From an uncultured Fidelibacterota bacterium (lineage in GTDB: Bacteria; Fidelibacterota; Marinisomatia; Marinisomatales; UBA1611), in contig CACEHW010000001.1 of NCBI GenBank assembly GCA_902559415.1, positions 45,382 to 109,381 on the forward strand: DNA of 64,000 nucleotides, in the 5' to 3' direction. Of the stretch, positions 1-9,501 are shown one piece after another. Every line of letters begins with the position of its first letter. Positions within the stretch are counted from its first letter, which is position 1. A program made the translations under genes and the position numbers. The notes under the pieces are model-generated. The model was not told the DNA's origin. It ran no database searches and was given only the letters and a program-made list of their open reading frames with translations.

Positions 1-974
1 AAACTAGTTTCTCCAACAATTAGCCCGCGATCAAGATCTTGAACTGCACCTGATACGATTTCACTTGCGCTTGCAGAACCTCTGTTTATTAGAATGATTA
101 ATGAAAAATCATTTCGCCCTTTATTTGGGTCAGAAATAAAAGCTTGGTTTGAATCTGTAATTTTACCTTTTGTATAGACTAACGTATCCATTGTTGATAT
201 AAAAAGGTTTGACACCGCTGCTGCCTGCTCAAGATACCCGCCACTATTACCACGAAGATCAAATATTAATTTTTTAAAATTTTGTTTATCTAGTTTATCT
301 ATAGCTTTATTTACTTCATCAATAGTTGTAGCAGAAAATCTTCTTAAAAGTATGTATCCAGTCTCATTGTCAAGCATTGTAGCGGCTCCTACACTATAAA
401 TAGGAATGTCATCTCTGATAATTGTTACATCAAAAGGGTCTTCTAACCCTATGCGTTGGATAGTTATATCTACTCTAGTACCTTTTCTGCCTCTGAGTTT
501 TTTAACAACCTCATCTTTTGTTATTTTGTATGCATCCTCTTGATTGATTGCTATAATTCTATCTCCTGATTGCAAACCAGCATAATCAGAGGGGCTGTCT
601 GGGACAGGTGAAATAACAGTGATGTATCCATGTAAGATATCAAATTCTATTCCTATTCCCTGAAAATTACCCCTAAATAATTCATCTATATTTTCTTGCT
701 CTTTAGCAGGTATATAAGTTGAATGTGGGTCTAGCTCTTCCATCAACCCATGAAAAGCACCATCCATAATTTTGTCCATATCAACGTTGTCAAAATAAAA
801 ATGATCAACATAGGATATAATTTGTTGCATAACCATTATTTTATTTTTTAGCACTTTATATATATTTTTATTTTTTGAATAGGCTTCAGGCATGAAGATT
901 AAAATTGCAAAAATAAAACCAAATAGTGCAGATGTCACCATTGGCCAAATGCGAGTGACGGATTGTTTAGACAT
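1..974 (-). CDS. S41 family C-terminal processing peptidase (Ctp/Prc-like); C-terminus lies outside the window
   Basis: Not in the ORF track because no stop falls inside the window. My translation from the ATG at 974 begins MSKQSVTRIWPMV... It has a hydrophobic N-terminus and a PDZ-like segment (GIGIEFDILHGYITVISPVPDSPSDYAGLQSGDRIIAIN). The S41 hallmarks DLRGNSGGYL and INRGSASASEIVSGA follow. Confidence 0.85.
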   Translation of the reverse strand, partial: MSKQSVTRIWPMVTSALFGFIFAILIFMPEAYSKNKNIYKVLKNKIMVMQQIISYVDHFYFDNVDMDKIMDGAFHGLMEELDPHSTYIPAKEQENIDELFRGNFQGIGIEFDILHGYITVISPVPDSPSDYAGLQSGDRIIAINQEDAYKITKDEVVKKLRGRKGTRVDITIQRIGLEDPFDVTIIRDDIPIYSVGAATMLDNETGYILLRRFSATTIDEVNKAIDKLDKQNFKKLIFDLRGNSGGYLEQAAAVSNLFISTMDTLVYTKGKITDSNQAFISDPNKGRNDFSLIILINRGSASASEIVSGAVQDLDRGLIVGETS

Positions 975-999
975 TGTATTTAGGTATTTTGGAAGGGTG

Positions 1000-1881
1000 C
1001 TATAGACCTAGGTATAACATAGTTCTGAACGTTACACCTCTGAGAGTATATTCTTCTGAGTCTCCAATTAGATATCTGCTGTTGAGCTTCCAACGACCTT
1101 GACCTATAGTGCCTTTATTAAAACCAGCACTAATTCTTAGACCAACCCTGTCAAGTAGTTGCCATTTGACAGCAACATATGGTTGAAAATTAAAAAATGT
1201 ACCACTTAGGTCTGACATTACACCTGGGGCGTTTGAAGCGTTGAAGCCTGCAATAGGGCTCCCAGTATTATCCACAGCGTAATAATAATTTACCGTAGAA
1301 TTAGAGTCAGCATCTAAACCAGTTACTTTATCACCATATGAAAAATCAAACATTTCATTCCATTTTGGGTTAGCAGCATACTGATCAATAGATAGATTTA
1401 ATCTCCCAAGCCCCATCATCGCTCCAGCAGAAATTTCAAGATCTTGGAAGACGGGCATTACGTATTCAATTGATGCTGCTCCTAGAGCAACAGTTACTTT
1501 TGCTTCAATTGAGGGGCTAAAGTTTCCATCGTAATCTACTGTGGCTTCATTCTGATACCCAGGATCACCAGTATCTACAAATAATTTGACATTAGTTACT
1601 GTACTGATACTAGAGCTACCAACACCAGCATAGCTACCAATCCTCCATTTACCCGTCATATGAGCAAAACCTTCTCCACCATGGACAACAAAAGGAGTAT
1701 CAAATTGTTTTGGATCTAGCCCAAGGCCTTCTAGCAAGTCAGTGGCTGGAAATTCGTCTATGTTTATATACATAGGGCTATACCCTATCCCTCCACCAAA
1801 AAAATCAGTAACTGGGTATAAATCAAACTGGCTGTATCCAGGTGATAATAAGATTGTGATATATGTAAGTAATTTTTTCAC
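1000..1881 (-). CDS. Secreted protein, possibly an outer-membrane beta-barrel; function unknown
   Basis: The ORF track gives 1000..1920. I prefer the GTG at 1881 because GGAGAGG lies 9 nt upstream and this start yields a signal peptide (VKKLLTYITILLSPGYSQ). The composition is Gly/aromatic-rich and beta-strand-like. No family recognised. It sits 25 nt upstream of the S41 peptidase gene on the same strand. Confidence 0.5.
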   Translation of the reverse strand: MKKLLTYITILLSPGYSQFDLYPVTDFFGGGIGYSPMYINIDEFPATDLLEGLGLDPKQFDTPFVVHGGEGFAHMTGKWRIGSYAGVGSSSISTVTNVKLFVDTGDPGYQNEATVDYDGNFSPSIEAKVTVALGAASIEYVMPVFQDLEISAGAMMGLGRLNLSIDQYAANPKWNEMFDFSYGDKVTGLDADSNSTVNYYYAVDNTGSPIAGFNASNAPGVMSDLSGTFFNFQPYVAVKWQLLDRVGLRISAGFNKGTIGQGRWKLNSRYLIGDSEEYTLRGVTFRTMLYLGL

Positions 1882-2130
1882 GATATAAGACCTCTCCGCA
1901 TGTATCTGAAATCTAAGCAATTTATGTACTATCCATTAAATACAAAAGAAAATATATGCCAAATTTTAATGAAAAATTAAAAAAACTAATTTTTGGTCTT
2001 TTTCTTGGAAAAAACGGTTCTTTAACCTATATTTTTTGCTAGAGTAAACGAGGTAAGGGAGTCTATTTCTATATTCTCCTGTGAAATAGATACGTCTTGG
2101 TCTCAATAATTAACCAAGACAGAAAGTGTA

Positions 2131-4569
2131 ATGATGCGGAAAAATAACATTATTTTTGGTATTTGCGGGTACATTCTTGTATCTGTACTGTGCTTTGAAT
2201 TTTTGTCCGGTGGTCAATTGAATAGAACTAGTGGTCTTTATGATCTTGATGGAGACGGGCGCAAGGAAGTCCTTGTTATTAGTAGTTCTGATAGAAAAGC
2301 GTCTCTAATAGAGTTTCAAGGTAAAGTAATTAGTGATACTATCTGGTCCTACACACTGCCTAAAGGTGCTTATTTCACGGATGTTGCTATATTAGATATT
2401 GATGAAAATGGGCAACCCGATTTAGTTGCCTCTTCTAAAATAAGTGCAGATAGCAATGATGATGGCTGGTTATATGTCTTTCAAGGTATAATGAGTGGTT
2501 TTTCAAAAGTACCATTAGTAGCAGGTCATTCAGGCTTAGAACTTGATAATATAAGACCTCTAAACCTTTCTAGAGTTTATGGAGGGTCAAATCAACTTTC
2601 TGTTTCATTTGGTACTCCAGTTAGAAAAACTTTGATTTTCAAACCTGAAATTCAAAATAATAAATTAAAAATAGAAAATGCTAGGATATTATCTGACCCA
2701 TTAATCCATAATGGTTTTGGGCACATGTATTCTGGTGGTTTTACTTCATTTGGAGGTAATTATATTGCTCAATTTTCAGCGGAAATAAATACACTAAAAA
2801 TTGCTATTTACAATGCAAATGAGAATTTTAGACATGTTGTAACTGAAATTTTAAGCCTTGGTAATGCTAGGGGTATAATAGGTGCAGAAGTTCAAGCTTA
2901 CAAGAATCTTAAAAAAGGTGAGCAAGGTCTTTTAATCCCATTTAGGACGGGAGAAGTTAAAATATTAAATATTAATTCTGGTGTAATTAGCCTTGATGAC
3001 TCAAAATTTTCGCATGAAGAGTTGTTTTTAGAAATGGAGGACCCTGACAAATCAGATATTTTAGATTTAGTTAGTTCTAGGATTGAATCTGGTTTTTATA
3101 ACAAAACAATTACAAAAGATGATTATGCTCACAACAAAAACGCTAATAGATCAAGCTATAATAAAAAACCAATTGATGGGCCAACGTTAGTTGATTATTT
3201 AAATGATGCAGGTATTATTAAGAAGCCTAAATTACAAAGTAAGGTTGATATTCCGATAGAGAGCTCTGATATGAATAGTGAAATATGGGCTGCTAAAGCT
3301 TCAGTAAAAGTCGAGCAAATAGATTCTACTTTATTATCAATAAATGATTCAATTTTTAAAAACCCGATACCAGATGAAGATAAAGAAATTGCTTTTCATA
3401 AAACTGTTTTTGGGCCTTCTGATTCAGTTGCTGTGGTAGAGACTTGGGAAGATACTTTACGAAATGTCCTAGTACCAGAATCGATAGATTTATCTGATAA
3501 AGAAGAGGATGAAAGAGGCATAGACTTGTATTATGTTATGGTTATGACTCCATCAAAAGGGAATAAAGGTAGGTATGTATTTGATGGTGAATCACCATTT
3601 GGTATAAATGTTACCCAAGTCCCCCCTATGGGAGACCCTACCCATTTCCAACATAGTATATCAGCAAATACAAATTATTTACGAAGAGGGAATGATTATG
3701 ATTTTGCTTATACCTTAAAGGAGCAAGTTTCTGATAGTGTAACTACTCTTACAATGGTTCATGATATGCAAACAAATATAATATTTATGTCTATTTCGCC
3801 TGAAGCTGACTCTGTATCTCAGTCCTACCAGCCAGAAGCTTTTGACCCTAAATTATTTGAGTTTCCTGACTACTTTTTTGAAGGATTCCCAACAAGCTTA
3901 GGGATGGATTTTAAAGATAAGCTTATCAAATTTTCATTTGATGATTCAGGTGATAGTGCTAATTATCAAGGATTATATCTATCAGCTACTACACCATCTA
4001 ATCCTTCTCAATCATTAGCGGTATTTTTAAACGAAGGCACATTACAAGCCATTAGAGGCGAGGTTAAAGTAAGAGAAAATGGTTCTAAAAAGATAACGAC
4101 TCAATTTGATATTGCCGGTTATTTAAAACCAGCAGCAATGTTTTCTAGATTGATTCAAGAAGAATTTTCAGACTCGCTTAAAACTAATTTACTCCAGGGT
4201 GCTTATTTAGAAGAGCCTCTTTTTGGCCCTAATGGACAGTTGCCTAAAGTTTCCCATGAGCGAAGGATTCCTGAAGCTCAATTCGATCAACAAAATCCAA
4301 AAATTCCAGTAAATCCTCTTAAAGGAATTTATCCAGAAGGGCAAGGGGTAACTACAAATTCTAAAGCCAAATTAGAGCTTGCTGCTCCTGATCCGCAAAA
4401 TCCAGTTGATAGTCCAGCCTCAACCGACATTCATGATAGTACGTCTGATAGTCTAAAGCTAGAAAATGCTAAGGTTACACCTAACTTATTAAATAATAAT
4501 AAAAAATTAAATGATGTGCTTCCAGAATCAATGAATATTGATTCTACTAATATGGAATTGAATCAATAA
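2131..4569 (+). CDS. Membrane-anchored FG-GAP-like repeat protein, function unknown
   Basis: 812-aa ORF with an N-terminal hydrophobic anchor (IIFGICGYILVSVLCFEFL). It has two Asp-rich FG-GAP/VCBS-type loops (LYDLDGDGRKEVLVISS; LDIDENGQPDLVASS). The remaining ~650 aa are unrecognised and the tail is P/N/S-rich. Confidence 0.6.
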   Translation: MMRKNNIIFGICGYILVSVLCFEFLSGGQLNRTSGLYDLDGDGRKEVLVISSSDRKASLIEFQGKVISDTIWSYTLPKGAYFTDVAILDIDENGQPDLVASSKISADSNDDGWLYVFQGIMSGFSKVPLVAGHSGLELDNIRPLNLSRVYGGSNQLSVSFGTPVRKTLIFKPEIQNNKLKIENARILSDPLIHNGFGHMYSGGFTSFGGNYIAQFSAEINTLKIAIYNANENFRHVVTEILSLGNARGIIGAEVQAYKNLKKGEQGLLIPFRTGEVKILNINSGVISLDDSKFSHEELFLEMEDPDKSDILDLVSSRIESGFYNKTITKDDYAHNKNANRSSYNKKPIDGPTLVDYLNDAGIIKKPKLQSKVDIPIESSDMNSEIWAAKASVKVEQIDSTLLSINDSIFKNPIPDEDKEIAFHKTVFGPSDSVAVVETWEDTLRNVLVPESIDLSDKEEDERGIDLYYVMVMTPSKGNKGRYVFDGESPFGINVTQVPPMGDPTHFQHSISANTNYLRRGNDYDFAYTLKEQVSDSVTTLTMVHDMQTNIIFMSISPEADSVSQSYQPEAFDPKLFEFPDYFFEGFPTSLGMDFKDKLIKFSFDDSGDSANYQGLYLSATTPSNPSQSLAVFLNEGTLQAIRGEVKVRENGSKKITTQFDIAGYLKPAAMFSRLIQEEFSDSLKTNLLQGAYLEEPLFGPNGQLPKVSHERRIPEAQFDQQNPKIPVNPLKGIYPEGQGVTTNSKAKLELAAPDPQNPVDSPASTDIHDSTSDSLKLENAKVTPNLLNNNKKLNDVLPESMNIDSTNMELNQ

Positions 4570-4582
4570 GAAGATTTAAAAA

Positions 4583-7500
4583 ATGAAATTTATTCTTCAA
4601 AAAATAAAATTATTAGTTCCTTTAATTTGGATTCTAAGTTCAGTTTCTTCACAAAAGATTGTCCATCTAGAGGGATCCTATGATTTAGATGGTGATAATC
4701 TATTTGAATTTATTTCTCTCGAATTAGACCCACAGAAAAATGTGTTTCCTACAATGATAAGGTATAATGAGGTAGATGGTGATGGATATCAAACTCCAAT
4801 TTGGGAATTTGATGCCCCAAAAGAATTAGATGGTTATTTTGTAGATGCAAAGATTGGGGATCTAGATGGTAACGGGGTGCCAGATTTAATTATTGTTATG
4901 AATCTTTCAAGGTTTGGAACAAATGCAACACCCCACGTGTTTGTAGCTGTATATAGTTGGGAAGAAGATTCTTTTTCTGAACTACCATCAGTCACTTTAG
5001 ATATCGGTAAGCAAGATAGGTCTTTAAGATGTAATAATTTTTCAATGCTTGATCAGGATGCTGACGGAGATCAAGAGCTAGTTTTATCTTTAGGTAGCCC
5101 ATACAGAGGATTCGCAATTCTTGATTTAGATAGTCAAGGTAGATTAGTTATCATTAAAAAGATAAGGCCTGATGAGCTTTTAGTAGGCTCTGGCTTATTG
5201 TATTCTGCAATTGTTGATTATGATAACGATGGCTACGAAGACCTATTAGCTATAAGCCCTGAAGGGAATACAATAAAAGCACAACCATTTTATAATATTG
5301 GTGGGATATTTGATTCTGGGCCTCTTATAAGAAAAAACTTTGATGGTATCAGCGGTATTTTACATAATTCATTTCAACTTACTGATTGGGATTCTGATGG
5401 TTTCAAAGATGTATTGGCTTCTTTTAGATCTGGAGATATTATTGCTTTAACTCTTACGCCTGCTACTTTAGTAATCGAGAGAGTCCCGGTTCAGCCTGGT
5501 CCTTTAACTCAAATTGAAATTGCAGATTTTAATCAAGATTCATTTAAAGACCTTCTAATGCTATCATCAGATATTAATGCATTAACGATGGTCTCCGGTG
5601 AAGATGGGGGGATGGAAAGCGTACGAAACGTAATGTCTAAAGTCCCAGAAGAAATGCAAGTTTTTTCTATGTTGCCATTAACCAAGTTAGGTAAATATAC
5701 TGGCAATGTCATGGTCTCGGCATGGGATGGGAAGGAAAATTCAATATATGTATTGGATTTTGGGAAAAAGTCTGCTGAATATGATCAAGGGTTTTTATTA
5801 AGCACAGATTTTATTTCTGAACAATTACCTGATTTACTTTCTAATATTGAAGATGTGCAGCCAGAAGTTCCAGAGATTTATGTTGAAGTTATCCCTGAGC
5901 AATTACCTCAGCTCCCTCAGCCTGAAGAAGAAGTGATAACTGAATTAGGTGAGCAAAGGATAGCCAGCATACCTCAAGCATTAGACCCTTCAGTAATAGA
6001 GGGTGATGTTTTAAAAGAACAACCAAAATCAGTCCCTCCTAAAAAAGTTATTCGCACGCTAGAAAGCCCTAAAACGCTTAAAGAAGAAGAAATGATTGGG
6101 CAACGTTTACCTAAGCATGTTCTTCCTCAATATATTTTGACATTAAATCAACCTTTTGAGTATACGCTATTAAGAGACACATCCGAAGCTTTTCACAGTT
6201 TCAGATGGCAAGTCCCCCCGCCGAAAGGGATGTTTTTTCATTACGAAAGTCAAACTATTAGATGGGTTCCGAATAAAGAACAATTAGATGCTTTCCCTGT
6301 TTCATATTTGGTTAGGGTAAAGGTTGACGAAATCATGGAATCTTTGTCAGCTTCTGGAAGTAAAAATCAAGAATATAAAACGGTCCCTGTTTTAGAAAGT
6401 AGAGATGAGCAAGTTTGGATTTATGTCAATGATCCACCAAGGTTTTTGACTCAGCCATTAGGTACTGAATTTGTTGCTGGAGGCGTGTTTCAATACGAGC
6501 CAATTGTAAGAGATAGAAATAAGGATGCATCTTTGCAATTCTTTTTAGAAGTTTCACCTCCAGGGATGACTATTAATGAAGGAGTATTGTATTGGAAATC
6601 TGATAGTATTAATGCAGACCAATATGATGTTAGACTTGTTGTTTCCGATGGCTTTGAAAGAGATGTCCAGGAGTTTCAGCTGTCTGCTAGATCTGGCATT
6701 AGAATACTATCCAAAGCGCCTACACTAGCAACAGTAGGGGAAAAATATGATTATGATGTAAAAGTCTGGAGACAAAGAACAAGCCAAGAAGCAAATTATA
6801 AATTATTTTTTGGCCCTAGCGGTATGAGAGTAGATAAAAAATCTGGTTTACTTACATGGGTGCCAAATGAAGCACAGATTGACACAGTAGAATATGCTTT
6901 AGTTTCTACTCATGGAGTAGCTTCAGATACACAATTTGTTAAAGTTTTTGTAAATCATCCGCCCATCATTCAAAAAGCTCCCCCTCCAATGACAAAAATA
7001 AATGTAGGGGCGATATGGGATTTTGATTTAAAGACGCAAGACCCAAATAAGGATGATAAATTAATTTATATAGCTCATGTTCTTCCAGAAGGTATGAGGA
7101 TGGACCCACATTCAGGTAGACTCCACTGGGAGCCTTCGACTGCTCAGGTTGATTTTCATAAGCTAAGGATTGAGGTTTCTGATGGGAATCTTAGCAAATT
7201 TATAGATTCAGAATTTTTTGTAAATGCACCTATTAAAATTGTTTCCGTCCCAACTATGACAGCCACGGTAGGAAATGAGTATAGTTATAAATTAATAACT
7301 GTAGATAGAAATAAAGGCGCATTACTTCCTTTTGATAAAGTAGTTAAAGTTAAAGATGTAAGTAACACAAAAATATATAGTATAAATATTTCAGATGACG
7401 TCGTCATTCAAAATATTGATAGATTTCTTGGTGATTGGTACAACGCGAATGAGGTATATTATGTCAACCCTAAATACCCAGCTGATACTTTAGTCTCTAG

Positions 7501-8458
7501 AGTAAATCTTAAAAGGTATGTTCAATCAGTATTTTATGAAGATAACAGATTATGGGTGATTACTTCTACAATTAATGGTCGTACGATAAAGATAAAAGAC
7601 TTTCTTTGGGAATTTTTTCAAGGCAATAAAGGTAAGCCTCCTCGCATCCTTGTTGAGAGAGTCAACCCTGTTCGGTTCACTTTAACAGATTTCCCCGAAG
7701 GAATGGAAGTAGATGAGTCTTTAGGTGCAATAAAGTGGACACCGAAAAAATCTCAAACAGATATGCATACAATATCTGTTATGGTTTCTGATGGATATAC
7801 TAAAGATGAACAAATCTATGAGGTCTATTCAAATCATTTGCCAACAATTATATCAAACACTCCTAGAATGGCTTTAGTTGGAGAATTATTTAAATATCAA
7901 GTAAGAGTTGAAGACTTAAATGAAAGTGCTAATTTAAAATATACCTTGATAAAAGGTCCTCATGGTATGCAATTAGATAAAAGTGGAAAAATTTTATGGG
8001 TGCCTAAAGCGGCCCAAATAAATTATAATGATTTTGAAGTATCTGTTACGGATGGGTATGGTACAGATATTCAAACTGGTAAAATATTTATAAATAATCC
8101 ACCTTCAATTATTTCTACTCCTAAGCCTGTTGGGCTTACAGGTCATACTTGGAGATATAAACTAACGACTGAAGATTTGAACGGTGATAGGGTAACTTAT
8201 CGTGCAGTTAGATTGCCTAAATTTGCAAAGTTTGATAGAAGAACTGCGACTATTGAATGGACTCCAAGGAAGAACCAAGACGGAGTAAATGATTTTATTT
8301 TAATGGCAGTTGATGAACACGGGGCAACAACCACTCATGATTTTCAAGTTCATGTTTTTTATGATCCAAGCGCAAAGCAATTAGTTAATAGTGGGTGGCC
8401 ACTTATGTTAACTTTTGTAGGTGTAGTCTTTGCTTGGGGTGCAGGACAAATGAACTAA
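4583..8458 (+). CDS. Large envelope protein: FG-GAP-type beta-propeller, seven cadherin-like (dystroglycan-type / He_PIG Ig-like) modules and a C-terminal TM helix
   Basis: 1291 aa with a signal-like N-terminus. Six D-x-D-x-D-G loops occur at aa 34, 93, 157, 212, 268 and 315 (e.g. GDLDGNGVPDLIIV, VDYDNDGYEDLLAIS, TDWDSDGFKDVLAS). A P/Q/E-rich linker follows. Seven ~90-aa modules (nt ~6107-8369) share N-x-PP-x-I ... G-x-x-[FWY]-x-Y ... P-x-GM-x-x-D ... G-x-[IL]-x-W-x-P ... V-x-V-[ST]-DG. The terminal hydrophobic helix is WPLMLTFVGVVFAWGAG. Confidence 0.7.
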   Translation: MKFILQKIKLLVPLIWILSSVSSQKIVHLEGSYDLDGDNLFEFISLELDPQKNVFPTMIRYNEVDGDGYQTPIWEFDAPKELDGYFVDAKIGDLDGNGVPDLIIVMNLSRFGTNATPHVFVAVYSWEEDSFSELPSVTLDIGKQDRSLRCNNFSMLDQDADGDQELVLSLGSPYRGFAILDLDSQGRLVIIKKIRPDELLVGSGLLYSAIVDYDNDGYEDLLAISPEGNTIKAQPFYNIGGIFDSGPLIRKNFDGISGILHNSFQLTDWDSDGFKDVLASFRSGDIIALTLTPATLVIERVPVQPGPLTQIEIADFNQDSFKDLLMLSSDINALTMVSGEDGGMESVRNVMSKVPEEMQVFSMLPLTKLGKYTGNVMVSAWDGKENSIYVLDFGKKSAEYDQGFLLSTDFISEQLPDLLSNIEDVQPEVPEIYVEVIPEQLPQLPQPEEEVITELGEQRIASIPQALDPSVIEGDVLKEQPKSVPPKKVIRTLESPKTLKEEEMIGQRLPKHVLPQYILTLNQPFEYTLLRDTSEAFHSFRWQVPPPKGMFFHYESQTIRWVPNKEQLDAFPVSYLVRVKVDEIMESLSASGSKNQEYKTVPVLESRDEQVWIYVNDPPRFLTQPLGTEFVAGGVFQYEPIVRDRNKDASLQFFLEVSPPGMTINEGVLYWKSDSINADQYDVRLVVSDGFERDVQEFQLSARSGIRILSKAPTLATVGEKYDYDVKVWRQRTSQEANYKLFFGPSGMRVDKKSGLLTWVPNEAQIDTVEYALVSTHGVASDTQFVKVFVNHPPIIQKAPPPMTKINVGAIWDFDLKTQDPNKDDKLIYIAHVLPEGMRMDPHSGRLHWEPSTAQVDFHKLRIEVSDGNLSKFIDSEFFVNAPIKIVSVPTMTATVGNEYSYKLITVDRNKGALLPFDKVVKVKDVSNTKIYSINISDDVVIQNIDRFLGDWYNANEVYYVNPKYPADTLVSRVNLKRYVQSVFYEDNRLWVITSTINGRTIKIKDFLWEFFQGNKGKPPRILVERVNPVRFTLTDFPEGMEVDESLGAIKWTPKKSQTDMHTISVMVSDGYTKDEQIYEVYSNHLPTIISNTPRMALVGELFKYQVRVEDLNESANLKYTLIKGPHGMQLDKSGKILWVPKAAQINYNDFEVSVTDGYGTDIQTGKIFINNPPSIISTPKPVGLTGHTWRYKLTTEDLNGDRVTYRAVRLPKFAKFDRRTATIEWTPRKNQDGVNDFILMAVDEHGATTTHDFQVHVFYDPSAKQLVNSGWPLMLTFVGVVFAWGAGQMN

Positions 8459-9501
8459 TTAAATAGAGATTCTATTTTATTTTTCATTTCATCTTCAGGA
8501 TGAAAGGTTAGTTTCATTTTAATAGCAAAAAGAGGTAATTCAGATTCAAAATTTTTCATTTTAATTATATCTTTTTCAGTTGTTATTAAATATTTTGCAT
8601 CAACTTTAATTGCTTCTCGATGTGCGGTTTTTATATCTTTAGCCTTGTAACTATAGTGATCAATAAATTTTTTATGACCTAATATATTGCATCCTGCTTT
8701 TTCTACTGTTTTTTTAAAGCCCTCATTATCCCCAACACCAGAAAGTAAGAAAACATTTTTTGATCTAATTATATCTATGTTCTCCTCTTTATTATTACTA
8801 TCTACTAATTTGTCACTAATATCTATAGCACTTTTTATTTTATTAATTTTAATATGATTTAATGTGTTGATTAAATAATCTGATATATTATGAATATTAG
8901 ATTTTGTATAAATAATTAAATCGGCCCTTTTTAAATTTGAAAGACTTTCTCTTAATGCCCCAAGTGGAATAAGGCGGTGATCTTTTGAAGTGTCTTTACT
9001 ATTTATTAGCACTATATCCAAATCTCTATGCAGCGATCTATGTTGAAACCCATCATCAATAATGATAACGTCAGTATTAAACTCAGTTGTCATCTTTAAA
9101 CCCGATTCATATTTAGACTTACCAACAATTATTGGGACATTATCTAATTTATTTGCCAGTAAGAACGCTTCATCACCACAACTATCCCAAGAAGTTGGTT
9201 TATTAATACCATCTGTTACTATTTTGGTGTTTTTGGATTTTCTACCATAGCCCCTACTTATTATCCCTACATTTTTTCCTAAAGATTTTAAATATAATGA
9301 TAAAAATTCAACAGTTGGTGTCTTGCCTGACCCTCCAGTAGTAATGTTCCCAATACTAATTACTTTGCATGGGAGAGCTCGAACTTTTAAAATATTTGCA
9401 TCATACAAATAATTTCTAATTATAATTATGGCTTTAAAAAAAATAGATAAAGGAAGTTGTAAAACTATAATTAGTTTGTTATTTAATAATGTTTTTAACA
9501 T
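8455..9501 (-). CDS. lpxK: Tetraacyldisaccharide 4'-kinase
   Basis: 348 aa with an N-terminal TM segment and the P-loop GNITTGGSGKTP. Its size and its position beside DUF374 and lpxB also fit. Confidence 0.85.
   Translation of the reverse strand: MLKTLLNNKLIIVLQLPLSIFFKAIIIIRNYLYDANILKVRALPCKVISIGNITTGGSGKTPTVEFLSLYLKSLGKNVGIISRGYGRKSKNTKIVTDGINKPTSWDSCGDEAFLLANKLDNVPIIVGKSKYESGLKMTTEFNTDVIIIDDGFQHRSLHRDLDIVLINSKDTSKDHRLIPLGALRESLSNLKRADLIIYTKSNIHNISDYLINTLNHIKINKIKSAIDISDKLVDSNNKEENIDIIRSKNVFLLSGVGDNEGFKKTVEKAGCNILGHKKFIDHYSYKAKDIKTAHREAIKVDAKYLITTEKDIIKMKNFESELPLFAIKMKLTFHPEDEMKNKIESLFN

Noticed and set aside
8380-8458. C-terminal sorting signal (PEP-CTERM, GlyGly-CTERM, LPXTG, T9SS CTD) on the 1291-aa protein
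   Set aside because: Only a plain hydrophobic helix (WPLMLTFVGVVFAWGAG) followed by QMN is present. There is no PEP or GG motif, no basic tail and no ~80-aa beta-sandwich CTD.
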